Notes: generated by a model from the letters alone, not told the origin. DNA of 64,000 nucleotides from an uncultured Acidimicrobiaceae bacterium (GCA_963745955.1 CAVUZI010000001.1:31773-95772); one strand, 5' to 3'. Counted from the first letter of the stretch, positions 47,024 to 57,382 are shown. A program made the numbers and translations.

Positions 47024-49989
47024 ATGACCGCCACCAGCGAGGCACCGAGCGCCGCTCCTCCCACGACCGGAACCACCGCACCCGAGCGGGTCCGACGCCG
47101 GGAAGCCATCCGCTGGCTCCGGACCCATCGGGGTCTGGTCGTCCTGCTGGTCATCCCGTTCCTGGTCTTCGGCCTCCCCCAGTTGTTCGGTCGGGTCTTC
47201 CTCGACGGCGACAACTTCCTCCAGAACTTCCCCATGCGGGTGCTGGTCGGCAGGGACCTGCGGCAGTGGACGCTGCCGTTGTGGGACCCCTACCTGTCCA
47301 GCGGGACCCCGCTGCTCGGGGGCTTCAATGCCGGGGCCGCCTACCCGGCCACCTGGCTGACGGCCGTCCTCCCCGTCTTCACCGCCTGGACGCTCACCCT
47401 GGCCCTCACCTACGACGTGGCCCTGGCCGGGATGTACCTGTTCCTGCGGCGACAGTCGATCTCGTCGACCGGGGCCCTGTTCGGCGCGGCCACCTTCGCC
47501 TTCGCCGGGTACATGTCCGCCCAGATCGTGCACATCGACCTCATCGCGGGGGCGGCCTGGCTGCCCTGGACCCTGACCGCCGTCCATGCCCTGACCGGGT
47601 CGCCGGGGGGCGACGGGCGCCGGGGGGCGACGGGTCGCCGGCCGGCGGGCGGGCCGGCTCCCGGAGCACGACCCGGCTGTGGGTCGCCGTGCTCGCCACC
47701 TCCCTGGGACTGTCCGTGCTCGCCGGGTCGGCCGAGGCCATCATCGACAGCAGCGTGCTCGTGGGCATCTACGCCGTGGGCCGGCTTGGTCACCATGGGC
47801 TACGTCCAGCGGGTCAACCGGCGACCGCTGGCCGCCGCCGTGCTCAGCCTGGCGGCCGGGGTGGCCGGGGGCCTGGCCCTGGGCGCGGCCCAGTGGGTGA
47901 CCGGCCTCGGGTTCCTGTCCCAGTCCCAGCGGGCCCAGTCCACCTACGCCTTCTTCGTCAGCGGCTCGCTGCCCGTCCGGCTGGCGACGCTCGATCGCCT
48001 CCCCGTTCGTGCTGGGGGGCAACCAGGGCGGGCCCGGACCCTACGTCGGCGCGTACAACTTCGAGGAGGTGACCAGCTACGTCGGCGTTCTGGCCCTGAT
48101 CGCCGTCTGCTCCCTCTTCCTCAAGCGGTTCCGGACCCGGCCCGAAGCCCGCCACTGGTGGGTCTGGTACATCATCGCCGCCGTCGGCGTGCTGTCCGCC
48201 TTCGGTGGCCAGACACCCTTCGGCCATGTCCTCTACCTCATCCCCGGCATCAACAGCGAACGCCTGACCAACCGGAACATCCTCCTGGTCGACTTCTCGA
48301 TGGCGGTCCTGCTGGCCTGGTGGGTCCACCTCCTCTTGGAAGGCAAGGGCGAGACGGAGGCGGCGGCGGACACGAGCATCCGGTCCCGGTGGAAGCAGGG
48401 AGGGCGGGCAGAGATCGTGGTCACCTGCCTACCGCTCGCCGTCATCGGCGTACTCTGCGTCTTCTTGTGGGTCGGCGGCGCCCAGCTCGACCGCCTGCTC
48501 GGGGCCCAGTTCTCCCGTCGGCACCGCCACCCGGATCCGGGTCGCCGGCCTGGTCACGGCCGGGACGCTGATCGCCGCCGCGGCCACCTGGATCGTCCTC
48601 ATCGAACGGCGTCTCCCGGCGCACAGGCTCCGGCGCCTGCTCGTCGGCGTGCTCGTCGTCGACCTGGTCCTGTTCGACTGCTACGTGGTCCACCCGCCCA
48701 CCACCGAGGCGAGAGCCCAGGCCCTCGGACCGATGTCGGCGGCGCTCCGGGCCCAGGTGGGCGACGCCCGGTTCATCATCTACGACCCCGACCAGTTCCA
48801 GACCACCCAGCTCTACGAACTGGGCCAGACCGACCTCAACCTCTTCGCCCCGGCTGTCCAGCGGCCAGGGCTACACCGCGCTCACCCAGGGCACGTACTA
48901 CGACGCCACCGGAGCGCACTTCCAAGAGGACCTCGATCCGACGACCCTGGCCGGACCCACCTGGGACGACCTCAACGTCTCGACGCTGCTCTCCCTGCCC
49001 GGCTACTTCGTGACACCTCTGCCGCGACCCGCCCCCGGTCCGACCGACCCGCGTACGGACGCCGTCCAGTTCCCGGCCGACCTCAACGCGTACACCTCGG
49101 CCCCGACTCCGGTGGCACGCTCCTATCCGTTGTCGCAACGAGCGTCCCGCACCTGGTACTTCGGAGGAGTGCTGTCCCTGGGCTCGTTCACCGTCCCGGT
49201 CCTCGACGGGCGGCCCGGCGACCTCCGGACCGGTCTGGTCACCGCCGGCGGTGGCATCCACTGGCTGCCGGCCACCGACGTCACTGCGGACCGGGCGGGT
49301 GGCCACATCTCGCTCCGGGTCTCCCTCGGCACCGAGGTCCGGGCCGGCGGGCTCATCGTCGGGACGGCCGCATCCAGCCGAGCCACCGTGGGAACCCCGA
49401 CCGCGTTCACCGCCCAGACCGGCGAGGTGGCCCTCGACGGCCGGATGCAGTACGGAGTGACCACCCCGCACTGGGTCTTCACCGGCATGCTCGGCGCCTT
49501 CGCCGTCTTCCACAACACCGACGCCCGCGGCTGGGCCTGGGTCCGCGCCCCCCGGGGGGGCCCGGCCGCGCCCGGCAGTGTCGGCTGCGACCGCGGGCAC
49601 CCGGTGCGAACGGCGACCAGCAGGTGACGGTGCACGCCACCTCGTCGGTCATGCTCGATCGCAGCCAGGCGTGGAGCTCGGGGTGGCGGGCCACCGTCCA
49701 GCCTCTCTCGCCGTCGTCCGGCCACCCGGCGGCCGGACCGGAGCGGGCGGCGACCGTGGTCCGGGTCGGCGTCTACCAGGGGGTGGCGCTGCCGGGACAG
49801 GGCGACTACCTGGTCACCTTCTCCTACCTCCCCGATTCGGTACCGGTCGGGCTGGCCCTGTCGGCGGTGGCCGGCCTGGGCCTGTTCATCTGGGCCGCCG
49901 CCGTGGCCGTGCGCAGGAGGCGCCGGGCGGGTCGGTCGGGGGCCGGGCCGGGCGCGGTCGGGCCGCCGGACCAGGTCAGCCCGGTGTGA
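47024..49989 (+). pseudogene. YfhO-family large polytopic membrane protein, at least six frame disruptions
   Basis: The N-terminus (ORF 47024..) has FLDGDNFLQNFPMRVLVGRDLRQWTLPLWDPYLSSGTPL, as in the gene at 4914. The sensible reading hops frames at these points:
- 47601-47634 (17-bp duplication);
- ~47778-47790;
- ~47988-47995;
- ~48513-48517;
- ~48850-48854;
- within 49560-49625.
It ends with the YfhO-type C-terminus ...SSGWRATVQPLS...GDYLVTFSYLPDSVPVGLALSAVAGLGLFIW...* at 49989. Confidence 0.6.
47601..47634 (+). repeat. Perfect 17-bp tandem duplication (cgccggggggcgacggg x2) that shifts the reading frame
   Basis: The copies lie at 47601-47617 and 47618-47634. Removing one copy joins ...ALTGSPGGDG (frame of ORF 47024) to SPAGGRAGSRSTTRLWVAVLATSLG (frame of ORF 47266) in frame. 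Confidence 0.9.
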
Positions 49990-50960
49990 GAAGTCCGATG
50001 GCCTCCGCCGCCCGTCGGTAGGTGGCCGAGGCGGTGGCCCGGGCCTTGTCGGCTCCCCTGGCCAGCAGCGAGGTCACCTCGCCCGGGTCGGCGGCCAGCG
50101 CCGCCCGTCGCTCACGGACCGGTCGGAGCAGCTCGGCGAGAGCTTCGGCCACGTCGTTCTTGAGGTCGCCGTACCGGCTGTAGGCCGCAGCCACCTCGGC
50201 CGGCGTCCGGTCGGTGGCCACGGCCAGGAGCTCCAGGAGATTGGACAGTCCCGGTTTGGCCTCGGGGTCGTAGCGGACCTCCCCGTCGGTGTCGGTGACC
50301 GCCTTTCTCACCTTGCGGGCGATGTCGGCCGGCTCGTCCAGGAGGAGAACGGTTCCGAGGGGGGAGTTGACCGACTTGGACATCTTGTCCTCGGGGTGCT
50401 GGAGGTCCATGACCCGGGCGGCCGCGGTCGGGAAGGCCGCCTCGGGGACGACCAGGGTCGGGCCGTACCGGTGGTTGAACCTGATCGCCAGTTGGCGGGC
50501 CAGCTCGAGGTGTTGGCGCTGATCGTCACCCACCGGCACCCGGTCGGCATCGTAGAGCAGGATGTCCGCGCTCTGGAGCACCGGATAGGTGAACAGCCCG
50601 ACCCTGACCGAGTCCCTTCCCGCGCTCTTGTCCTTGAACTGGGTCATCCGGCCGAGCTCCCCCATGGTGGCGGTGCACTCGAGCAGCCAGGCCATCTGTG
50701 CATGTTCGGTGACGTGGCTCTGGACGAACAGGGTGCAGCTGCTCGGGATCGAGGCCGGCGGCCAGTAGGTCGAGCGCGGTCTCGAAGGTTCGCGAGCGCA
50801 GCTCGGCGGGGTCGATGTCGAGGGTCAGGGCATGGAGGTCGACGATGCAGTAGAACGCGTCGTGGACATACTGGTCGGCCACCCAGTTGCGGATGGCCCC
50901 GAGGTAGTTCCCCACATGGAGTTCACCGCTGGGCTGCAGACCGGAGAGTACGCGGGACAT
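49976..50960 (-). pseudogene. trpS: Tryptophan--tRNA ligase, one frameshift near 50736-50742
   Basis: ORF 50526..50960(-): [26 protein letters not shown]... (HIGH-type motif) up to [13 protein letters not shown] 49976..50695(-), with its upstream extension, gives [21 protein letters not shown]...RMTQFKDK...[14 protein letters not shown]...KMSKS.... The stop overlaps the convergent gene's end by 14 nt. Confidence 0.9.
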
Positions 50961-51029
50961 GGGGGGTCATCGTAGGTCGCGCCCGGAGGTGCACGAGATG
51001 CCGGCTCCCAGCCGGTATCGTCGGATGGC

Positions 51030-51812
51030 ATGCCCGCCATCGTGTCCACCCCTGCCTTCGAGGGGCCCGTCGACCTGCTGCTGCAGCTCGTGAACAGCCA
51101 CGATGTGGACATCTTCGATATCCCCCTCTCCTCGGTGGTCGACGCCTTCGTCGCCGAGGTGGCCGGCTGGGAGGAGGTCGACCTGCAGACCCTGTCCGAG
51201 TTCCTGGTCATCGCGGCCGTGCTCATCGAGCTCAAGTCACGCCGCCTCCTCCCCGGACCCGACGACATCGATCCCGACGAAGAGCTGATCGGATGGGACG
51301 AGCGGGACCTGCTCATGGCCCGCCTGCTCGAGTGCCAGGCCTACGCGGCGGCCGCAGACGGGTTTGCCGTGCTCATGGAACGGGCGGCCCGCTCGGTGCC
51401 TCGGACCGCGGGCGTGGACGACGACCTGGCCGTCGGTGCCCCCGACCTCCTCGAGGGGGTGACGCCCGACCAGGTGGCGGCCGCCTTCCTGCGGGCGACG
51501 GCCGAGCGACCGATCCCCACCGTGGACCTGTACCACGTGACCGTGGACGCGGTGACGGTGGCCGACGCCGTGGCCGAGCTCGAGCTGCGCCTGCCGGTGA
51601 TGGGTCGGGCCACCTTCCGCAGCCTGACCGGGCACCTGTCCTCCCGCATCGAGATCATCGTGCGGTTCCTGGCCCTGCTCGAACTGTGCAAGCGGGGGAG
51701 GGTGGCCCTCGATCAGGGCCATACCTTCGGCGACCTCGACGTGGCCTGGGTGCCCGCGGACGCCGAAGCCGTCTCCGTCGGTGTCGGCCCCTACGACGAG
51801 TACGAGGGTTGA
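51030..51812 (+). CDS. scpA: Segregation and condensation protein A
   Basis: Track ORF 51030..51812. FEGPVDLLLQLVNSHDVDIFDIPLSSVVDAF... and LSEFLVIAAVLIELKSRRLLP are typical ScpA motifs. Confidence 0.85.
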   Translation: MPAIVSTPAFEGPVDLLLQLVNSHDVDIFDIPLSSVVDAFVAEVAGWEEVDLQTLSEFLVIAAVLIELKSRRLLPGPDDIDPDEELIGWDERDLLMARLLECQAYAAAADGFAVLMERAARSVPRTAGVDDDLAVGAPDLLEGVTPDQVAAAFLRATAERPIPTVDLYHVTVDAVTVADAVAELELRLPVMGRATFRSLTGHLSSRIEIIVRFLALLELCKRGRVALDQGHTFGDLDVAWVPADAEAVSVGVGPYDEYEG

Positions 51813-51817
51813 CCGCG

Positions 51818-52387
51818 GTGCTCTCCCCCGAGGCGCGGGCCGTCGAGGCCGTCCTGATCGTGGCCGTCGAGCCGGTCTCTGCGGGCCTGCTGGCCGAGCT
51901 GCTGGAGCTGCCCGTGGAGCAGGTCGAGGCCGTGTGCGAGGAGCTGGCCGAGTCGTGCCGGACCACGGGCCGCGGCTTCGAGGTGGCCAGGATCGCCGGC
52001 GGTTATCGCATCCAGTCCCATCCCGACCTGGCCTCGCACGTCGAGCGGTTCGCCAACGTGGGTGTCTCGTCACGCCTGTCGGCCGCAGCACTCGAGACCC
52101 TGGCCATCGTGGCCTACAAGCAGCCGGTCTCCCGGGCCCAGATCGCCTCCCTCCGCGGGGTCAACGTGGACGGGGTGGTCCGGCTCCTCGAGCATCGGGG
52201 GTACATCGCCGCGGTGGGCCGGGCCCCGGGCCCGGGACAGGCCGTCCTCTACGGCACCACCGATGCCTTCCTCGAGCGGCTCGGGCTCGACCGGGTCGAT
52301 CAGCTACCGCCGGTCGAGGACCTGCTCCCGGGACCGGAAGCCCTGGCCGAGCTCGAGGAGCAGATGCGTCCGGTCGGGGATGCCTGA
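51818..52387 (+). CDS. scpB: Segregation and condensation protein B
   Basis: Last ~190 codons of track ORF 50396..52387. Start at GTG 51818, or at TTG 51809 overlapping the scpA stop. Contains EAVLIVAVEPVS, GFEVARIAGGYRIQSHP, LSAAALETLAIVAYKQPVSRAQI and RGVNVDGVVRLL. Confidence 0.85.
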   Translation: MLSPEARAVEAVLIVAVEPVSAGLLAELLELPVEQVEAVCEELAESCRTTGRGFEVARIAGGYRIQSHPDLASHVERFANVGVSSRLSAAALETLAIVAYKQPVSRAQIASLRGVNVDGVVRLLEHRGYIAAVGRAPGPGQAVLYGTTDAFLERLGLDRVDQLPPVEDLLPGPEALAELEEQMRPVGDA

Positions 52388-53168
52388 GGAGCCCACCGGG
52401 CCCCTCGCCACCGGCGACCGGTTGCAAAAGGTGTTGGCCCGGGTCGGCGTCGGCTCCCGGCGGGTGTGCGAAGGGCTCATCGTCGACGGTCGGGTGACCG
52501 TCAACGGCGAGGTGCCGGTGCTCGGACGCCGGGTGGACCCGTCGGTCGACCGGGTGGAGCTCGACGGTGTGCCCCTTCCCGTCCAGCCCGGCCTGGCCCA
52601 CTATCTGGTCAACAAGCCGGCGGGGGTGGTCTGCACCGCGGAGGACACCCACGGCCGGCCGACGGTGGTGGCCCTGGTGCCGGACCATCCCCGGGTGTTC
52701 CCCGTCGGGCGGCTGGACATGGACTCGGAGGGCCTGATCATCCTCACCAACGACGGCGACCTGACCCATCGCCTCACCCATCCGTCGTTCGGCGTCCCGA
52801 AGGAGTACCTGGTCCAGGTGGAGGGAGAGCCCACGCCCGGCGAGGTCAGCCGCCTGCGGCGCGGAATCGACCTCGACGACGGGCCCACGGCGCCGGCGCG
52901 GGTGGCGGTGGTCGCCCCCAACCTGCTCCGTATCGTCATCCACGAGGGCAGGAACCGGCAGGTCCGGCGGATGTGCGATGCCGTCGGCCATCCCGTGCTC
53001 CGCCTGGTCCGGACGCGTATCGGGCCCATCGCCGATCCCTCGCTGAGCCCGGGGGAGTCTCGGCCCCTCTCCTTCGACGAGGTGCGCAGCCTGACCGCTG
53101 CCGCCACGCCGATGGACCCGGTGGCCCGGTCCGGCGACGAATCGGGACCCGCCGGGGCCGGTGAGTAA
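52380..53168 (+). CDS. rluB: Pseudouridine synthase, RsuA/RluB family
   Basis: 3' part of track ORF 52062..53168. ATG 52380 overlaps the scpB end by 8 nt. S4 domain RLQKVLARVGVGSRRVCEGLI. Catalytic motif VGRLDMDSEGLIILTNDG. Also HEGRNRQVRRM. Confidence 0.85.
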   Translation: MPEEPTGPLATGDRLQKVLARVGVGSRRVCEGLIVDGRVTVNGEVPVLGRRVDPSVDRVELDGVPLPVQPGLAHYLVNKPAGVVCTAEDTHGRPTVVALVPDHPRVFPVGRLDMDSEGLIILTNDGDLTHRLTHPSFGVPKEYLVQVEGEPTPGEVSRLRRGIDLDDGPTAPARVAVVAPNLLRIVIHEGRNRQVRRMCDAVGHPVLRLVRTRIGPIADPSLSPGESRPLSFDEVRSLTAAATPMDPVARSGDESGPAGAGE

Positions 53169-53180
53169 CATGCCTGGCTG

Positions 53181-53549
53181 ATGTCCCCGACCGTCCGAGC
53201 CGTCCGCGGCGCAACCACCGTCGACCACGACACCCCCGAGGCCATCACCGAGCGGGTGGTGGCCCTGCTCGAGCGGATCCTCGACCGCAACGGCCTGGTC
53301 GAGGCCGACATCATCTCCATCCTCTTCACCGCCACCGAGGACATCGTGTCCACCTTCCCGGCCACGGCCGCACGATCGATGGGCCTGGGCGCGGTGCCGC
53401 TGATCTGTGCCCGCGAGCTCTCGATCACCGGTTCGGTCCCGCACTGCATCCGGGTCATGCTGCACGTGGACACCGAGCGCCCGCGGGGCGACATCCACCA
53501 CGTCTACCTCGAGGGGGCCCAGGGACTCCGTGACGACCTCCCCGACTGA
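53181..53549 (+). CDS. aroH: Chorismate mutase, AroH class
   Basis: Track ORF 53181..53549 (122 aa). VRAVRGATTV...ILFTATEDI...FPA...ARE...CIRVMLHV is the monofunctional AroH-type pattern. Confidence 0.8.
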   Translation: MSPTVRAVRGATTVDHDTPEAITERVVALLERILDRNGLVEADIISILFTATEDIVSTFPATAARSMGLGAVPLICARELSITGSVPHCIRVMLHVDTERPRGDIHHVYLEGAQGLRDDLPD

Positions 53550-53610
53550 GGGCCGAGGAGGGGAGTCGGCCGATCACGCCGGTGGCCGGGTCCGGGTTCC
53601 CGGGCGGGCC

Positions 53611-54675
53611 ATGATCTACGGAACCGGGCTCATCGGCGGCTCGGTCGGTCTGGCCCTGCGCGCCCGGGGATGGTGGGTCAGCGGGGTCGACGCGGCCGAC
53701 GGGGTGGCCACCCGGGCCCTGGAGCTCGGCGCCGTGTCCGAAGTGGGCATCGACCACCAGGCCGACCTGGTGGTGGTGGCCACACCCGTCCATGTCGCCG
53801 GTGAGATCATCGCGGACGTTCTGGCCAACCCCGAGCGGAACCCGCAGGCCGTCATCACCGATGTGGGCGGCGTGAAGGCGCCCCTGGTCGCCTCCATCGA
53901 CCACCCCTACTTCGTCGGGGGCCACCCCATGGCCGGTTCGGAGCAGGTCGGGCTGGACGGGGCCACGGCAGAGCTCTTCGTCGGCGCCACCTGGGTCCTG
54001 ACCCCGACCGCGGTGACCGACCCGGACGCGTACACCCAGGTCCACAACCTCCTGGTCGACCTCGGAGCCAACGTGGTGGCCCTGGACCCGTCCCAGCACG
54101 ACGCCCTGGTGGCGGTGGTCTCCCACGTCCCCCATCTGACCGCGGCCACCTTGATGGACCTGGCCGCCGGCCTCGGCCAGGAGCACGCCGCGCTGTTGCA
54201 GCTGGCCGCGGGCGGGTTCCGGGACATGACCCGGATCGCCGCCGGCCAACCGGCCATCTGGCTCGACATCTGCGACGAGAACGCCGACGCCATCGTCGAG
54301 ACCCTCGATCTCCTCATCGACGCCCTCGGCGCCATGCGGCGTCGGGTGGCCGAGCACGACCACCGCTCGCTGCTCGAGATCCTCGACCGGGCCTCGACCG
54401 CCCGGCGTGCCCTCGGCGAACGGGCGCCCCTGCCCGAGGAGCTGGTCGAGGTACGCATACCCGTGCCCGACCGGACCGGGATGATCGCCGAGATCACCGT
54501 GCTCGTCACCGAGCTCGGCATCAACATCGTCGACCTCGAGATCGCCCACTCGGTGGACGGCAACCAGGGGGTCATGCTGGTGGTGGTCGACCAGCTGTCG
54601 GCCCCGACCCTCCTGGCCACGCTCTCGGGCCGGGGCTACCGTGCCACCAGCACACCGGTGGGTCCGATCCGGTGA
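53611..54675 (+). CDS. tyrA: Prephenate dehydrogenase with C-terminal ACT-like domain
   Basis: 3' part of track ORF 53407..54675. ATG 53611 gives MIYGTGLIGGSVGLAL (Rossmann). Contains DVGGVK, GGHPMAGSE and SHVPHL. The C-terminus RIPVPDRTGMIAEITVLVTELGINIVDLEI is ACT-like. Confidence 0.85.
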   Translation: MIYGTGLIGGSVGLALRARGWWVSGVDAADGVATRALELGAVSEVGIDHQADLVVVATPVHVAGEIIADVLANPERNPQAVITDVGGVKAPLVASIDHPYFVGGHPMAGSEQVGLDGATAELFVGATWVLTPTAVTDPDAYTQVHNLLVDLGANVVALDPSQHDALVAVVSHVPHLTAATLMDLAAGLGQEHAALLQLAAGGFRDMTRIAAGQPAIWLDICDENADAIVETLDLLIDALGAMRRRVAEHDHRSLLEILDRASTARRALGERAPLPEELVEVRIPVPDRTGMIAEITVLVTELGINIVDLEIAHSVDGNQGVMLVVVDQLSAPTLLATLSGRGYRATSTPVGPIR

Positions 54676-56022
54676 GCGGGCCCACGGCCACCGGAACCAC
54701 TCCACCGGACGGTGCCGCCCACACCATGTCCGTGCGCGGTGGCGGGCCCCTGTCCGGCACACTGGCCGTCCCGGGGGACAAGTCCATCTCCCACCGGGCG
54801 CTGCTCCTGGCCGCCCTGGCCGAGGGCACCTCCACCATCACCGGTCTCTGCCCCGGCGACGATGTGGTCCGCACCCGCGGCGCCATCGTGGCCCTCGGGG
54901 CCGAGGTGGAGGACGACGGCCCGGTCGTGGTCGTCCATGGAGGCCGGTCGCGGCTGGCCGCCCCCACCGACGAGATCGACCTGGGCAATTCGGGCACCGG
55001 CATGCGCCTGCTGGCCGGCGTGGCCGCCACGCTCGACGGGCACGACGACCCTGGTGGGTGACGCCTCGCTCCAGAGCCGACCCATGGACAGGGTGGCCGA
55101 GCCTCTGGCCCGGATGGGAGCCCGGGTCACCGGACGCGGGCAGCAGTGCCTCCCACCCCTCGCCGTCACCGGCGGCGCCCTGCACGGTATCGAGTACACG
55201 CCGCCGGTGGCCAGCGCCCAGGTCAAGTCGGCCCTCCTGCTGGCCGGCCTCGACGCCGACGGGGAGACGGTCGTGTCCGAACCCGTCGCCACCCGGGCCT
55301 ACACCGAGGAGATGCTGGCCGCGGCCGGCGCGGACATCTCCATCCGATCGGACGGGATCGGCCGGGTGGTCCGGATCCGGCGGAGCGCGCTCCGGTGCGG
55401 GTCCTACACGGTGCCCGGTGACCCCTCGCAGGCGGCTTTCTGGCTGGTCGGAAGCGTGATCGTCCCGGGCAGCCTGGTCACGGTCACCGGCATCGACCTG
55501 AGCGCCGAGCGCCTCGGGTTCATCGGGGTGCTCCGCCGGATGGGCGCCACCGTGGAGGTCGAGGAGGCGGGCAACGGGACGGGGTCGCTGACCGGCTACA
55601 CGGCCCTGCTCCACGGCACCGTCGTCGAGGCCGCGGAGATCCCGTCCCTCGACGAGGTGCCCGTCCTGGCCGTGGCCGCCACCGCCGCCACCGGCGTCAC
55701 CCGGTTCCGCGACATCGGCGAATTGCGGGTGAAGGAGTCGGACCGCCTGGCCGGGACCGTCGAGCTGGTCCGGGCCTTCGGGGGTGACGCCGAGGTCGAG
55801 GGGGATGATCTGGTGGTGGAGGGGCGCGGGGGGCCGCTGCAGCCGGGACGGGTCGATGCCCGGGGCGACCACCGGATGGCCATGGCCGCGGCCATCGCCG
55901 CCGCCGCGTGCCCGGGCGCCACCGACATCACCACCATCACCGGATGGGAGTCGGTGGCCACCAGCTACCCGTCCTTCTCCGACGATCTGTCCCTGCTCCA
56001 GTCCACCGCGGCCGGCCGATGA
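54672..56022 (+). pseudogene. aroA: 3-phosphoshikimate 1-carboxyvinyltransferase (EPSP synthase), one frameshift near 55041
   Basis: ORF 54672..55061 (GTG overlapping the tyrA stop): VPGDKSISHRALLLAAL and LGNSGTGMRLLAGVAATLDG. The rest is in the frame of ORF 54712..56022: TTLVGDASLQSRPMDRV, LRVKESDRL, DHRMAMAAAI. Confidence 0.9.
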
Positions 56023-56651
56023 GCCCCACCGGTACCCGCGTCGGCGCTCAGCCGATCATCGCCATCGACGGCCCCGCCGGTTCGGGCAAGTCGACCGTCT
56101 CACGCGCCCTGGCCGAACGGCTCGGTGTCGGTCGCCTGGACACGGGCGCCATGTACCGGGCGGTGGCCTGGGCCGTCCTCGACCGCGAGATCGATGCCGG
56201 TGACCAGGCAGCGGTGGCCGATCTGGCCCGCACCCTCGCCATCGCCGTCGGCGAGCGGGTCGAGGTCGACGGGACGGACGTCACCGAGGCCATCCGCGGG
56301 CCCGAGGTGAGCGGCGTGGTGTCGGTGGTGGCGGCCAACCCCGGCGTGCGCTCGGTGCTCGTGCAGCGCCAGCGGCAGTGGGTGACCGAACGCGGGGGAG
56401 GGGTGGTCGAGGGCCGGGACATCGGCTCGGTGGTCTTCCCCGACGCCGAGGTCAAGATCTACCTCACGGCGTCGCCCGACGAGCGGGCCCGTCGCCGGCC
56501 GGAGGAGGGCTCCGACGCCCTGTCCCGTCGCGACAGGCTCGACAGCACCAGATCGGTGTCGCCACTGGGTGTGGCCGACGGGGCCAAGGTCATCGACACC
56601 ACCGACCGCCGGGTCGAGGACATCGTCGAGGAGGTCGTGGGGTGGTTGTGA
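56019..56651 (+). CDS. cmk: Cytidylate kinase
   Basis: 3' part of track ORF 55908..56651. ATG 56019 overlaps the aroA stop (ATGA). Contains IAIDGPAGSGKSTVSRALA, LDTGAMYRA and VVEGRDIGSVVFPDA. Confidence 0.9.
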   Translation: MSPTGTRVGAQPIIAIDGPAGSGKSTVSRALAERLGVGRLDTGAMYRAVAWAVLDREIDAGDQAAVADLARTLAIAVGERVEVDGTDVTEAIRGPEVSGVVSVVAANPGVRSVLVQRQRQWVTERGGGVVEGRDIGSVVFPDAEVKIYLTASPDERARRRPEEGSDALSRRDRLDSTRSVSPLGVADGAKVIDTTDRRVEDIVEEVVGWL

Positions 56652-57367
56652 GCCAGACCGCAGAACCGGCAGAGCCGGAGGACGGACAGGCGTCGGACGC
56701 GCCGGACATGAGGGTGGACACCAGCTTCACCCCCATCTACCGGTTCCTCCGTGTGCTCGTCCACCTCCTCAACCGCCTGTGCTTCCGGACCACGGTGGAG
56801 GGATCCGATCGCGTCCCGGCCACGGGCCCGGTGATCATCGCGCCGGTGCACCGGTCGTTCATCGATTTCTTCGTCGCCTCCGAGGTCACCCGCAGGAAAC
56901 TGCACTACATGGCCAAGGACAGCCTGTGGAAGAACCACTGGCTGGCCCGGATCCTCCCCGCGGTCGGCGCCTTCCCCGTCCACCGGGAGTCGGCTGATCG
57001 CGAAGCCCTTCGCCGCGCCCAGCGGGTGCTCGAGGCCGGTGAGGTGCTGATCCTGTTCCCCGAAGGGGAGCGGAGGTCGGGACCGGTGGTGGAGGACCTG
57101 CACGAGGGGGTCGCCTTCCTGGCCGGACGCACCGGGGCGACGGTGGTCCCGGTCGGGATCGGCGGTTCTGCTTCGGTGATGCCCAAGGGGAAGCGGCTCC
57201 CGCGGCCCCGGCACATCCACCTGGTGGTGGGTGATCCCATCCCACCCCCGCCCCGCACCGGCGGGGGGCGCATCTCGAGGAGCCGGACCCACGAGCTGAC
57301 CGAGGCGCTGACCGATTCGATCCAGGATCTCTACGACCGGTCGGTCACGGTCACCCGGCGGTACTGA
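56648..57367 (+). CDS. plsC: 1-acyl-sn-glycerol-3-phosphate acyltransferase family protein
   Basis: 3' part of track ORF 56378..57367. GTG 56648 overlaps the cmk stop (GTGA). Acyltransferase motifs: I HRSFIDF (HxxxxD) and III FPEGERR. Confidence 0.8.
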   Translation: MSQTAEPAEPEDGQASDAPDMRVDTSFTPIYRFLRVLVHLLNRLCFRTTVEGSDRVPATGPVIIAPVHRSFIDFFVASEVTRRKLHYMAKDSLWKNHWLARILPAVGAFPVHRESADREALRRAQRVLEAGEVLILFPEGERRSGPVVEDLHEGVAFLAGRTGATVVPVGIGGSASVMPKGKRLPRPRHIHLVVGDPIPPPPRTGGGRISRSRTHELTEALTDSIQDLYDRSVTVTRRY

Positions 57368-57382
57368 CCAGGCCGGCACCGC

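Noticed and set aside
50396-52387. A 663-aa plus-strand ORF that would span trpS, scpA and scpB.
   Set aside because: Only its last ~190 codons (scpB) make biological sense. The upstream part is Arg/Gly/Pro-rich and overlaps the real trpS (minus strand) and scpA (another frame).
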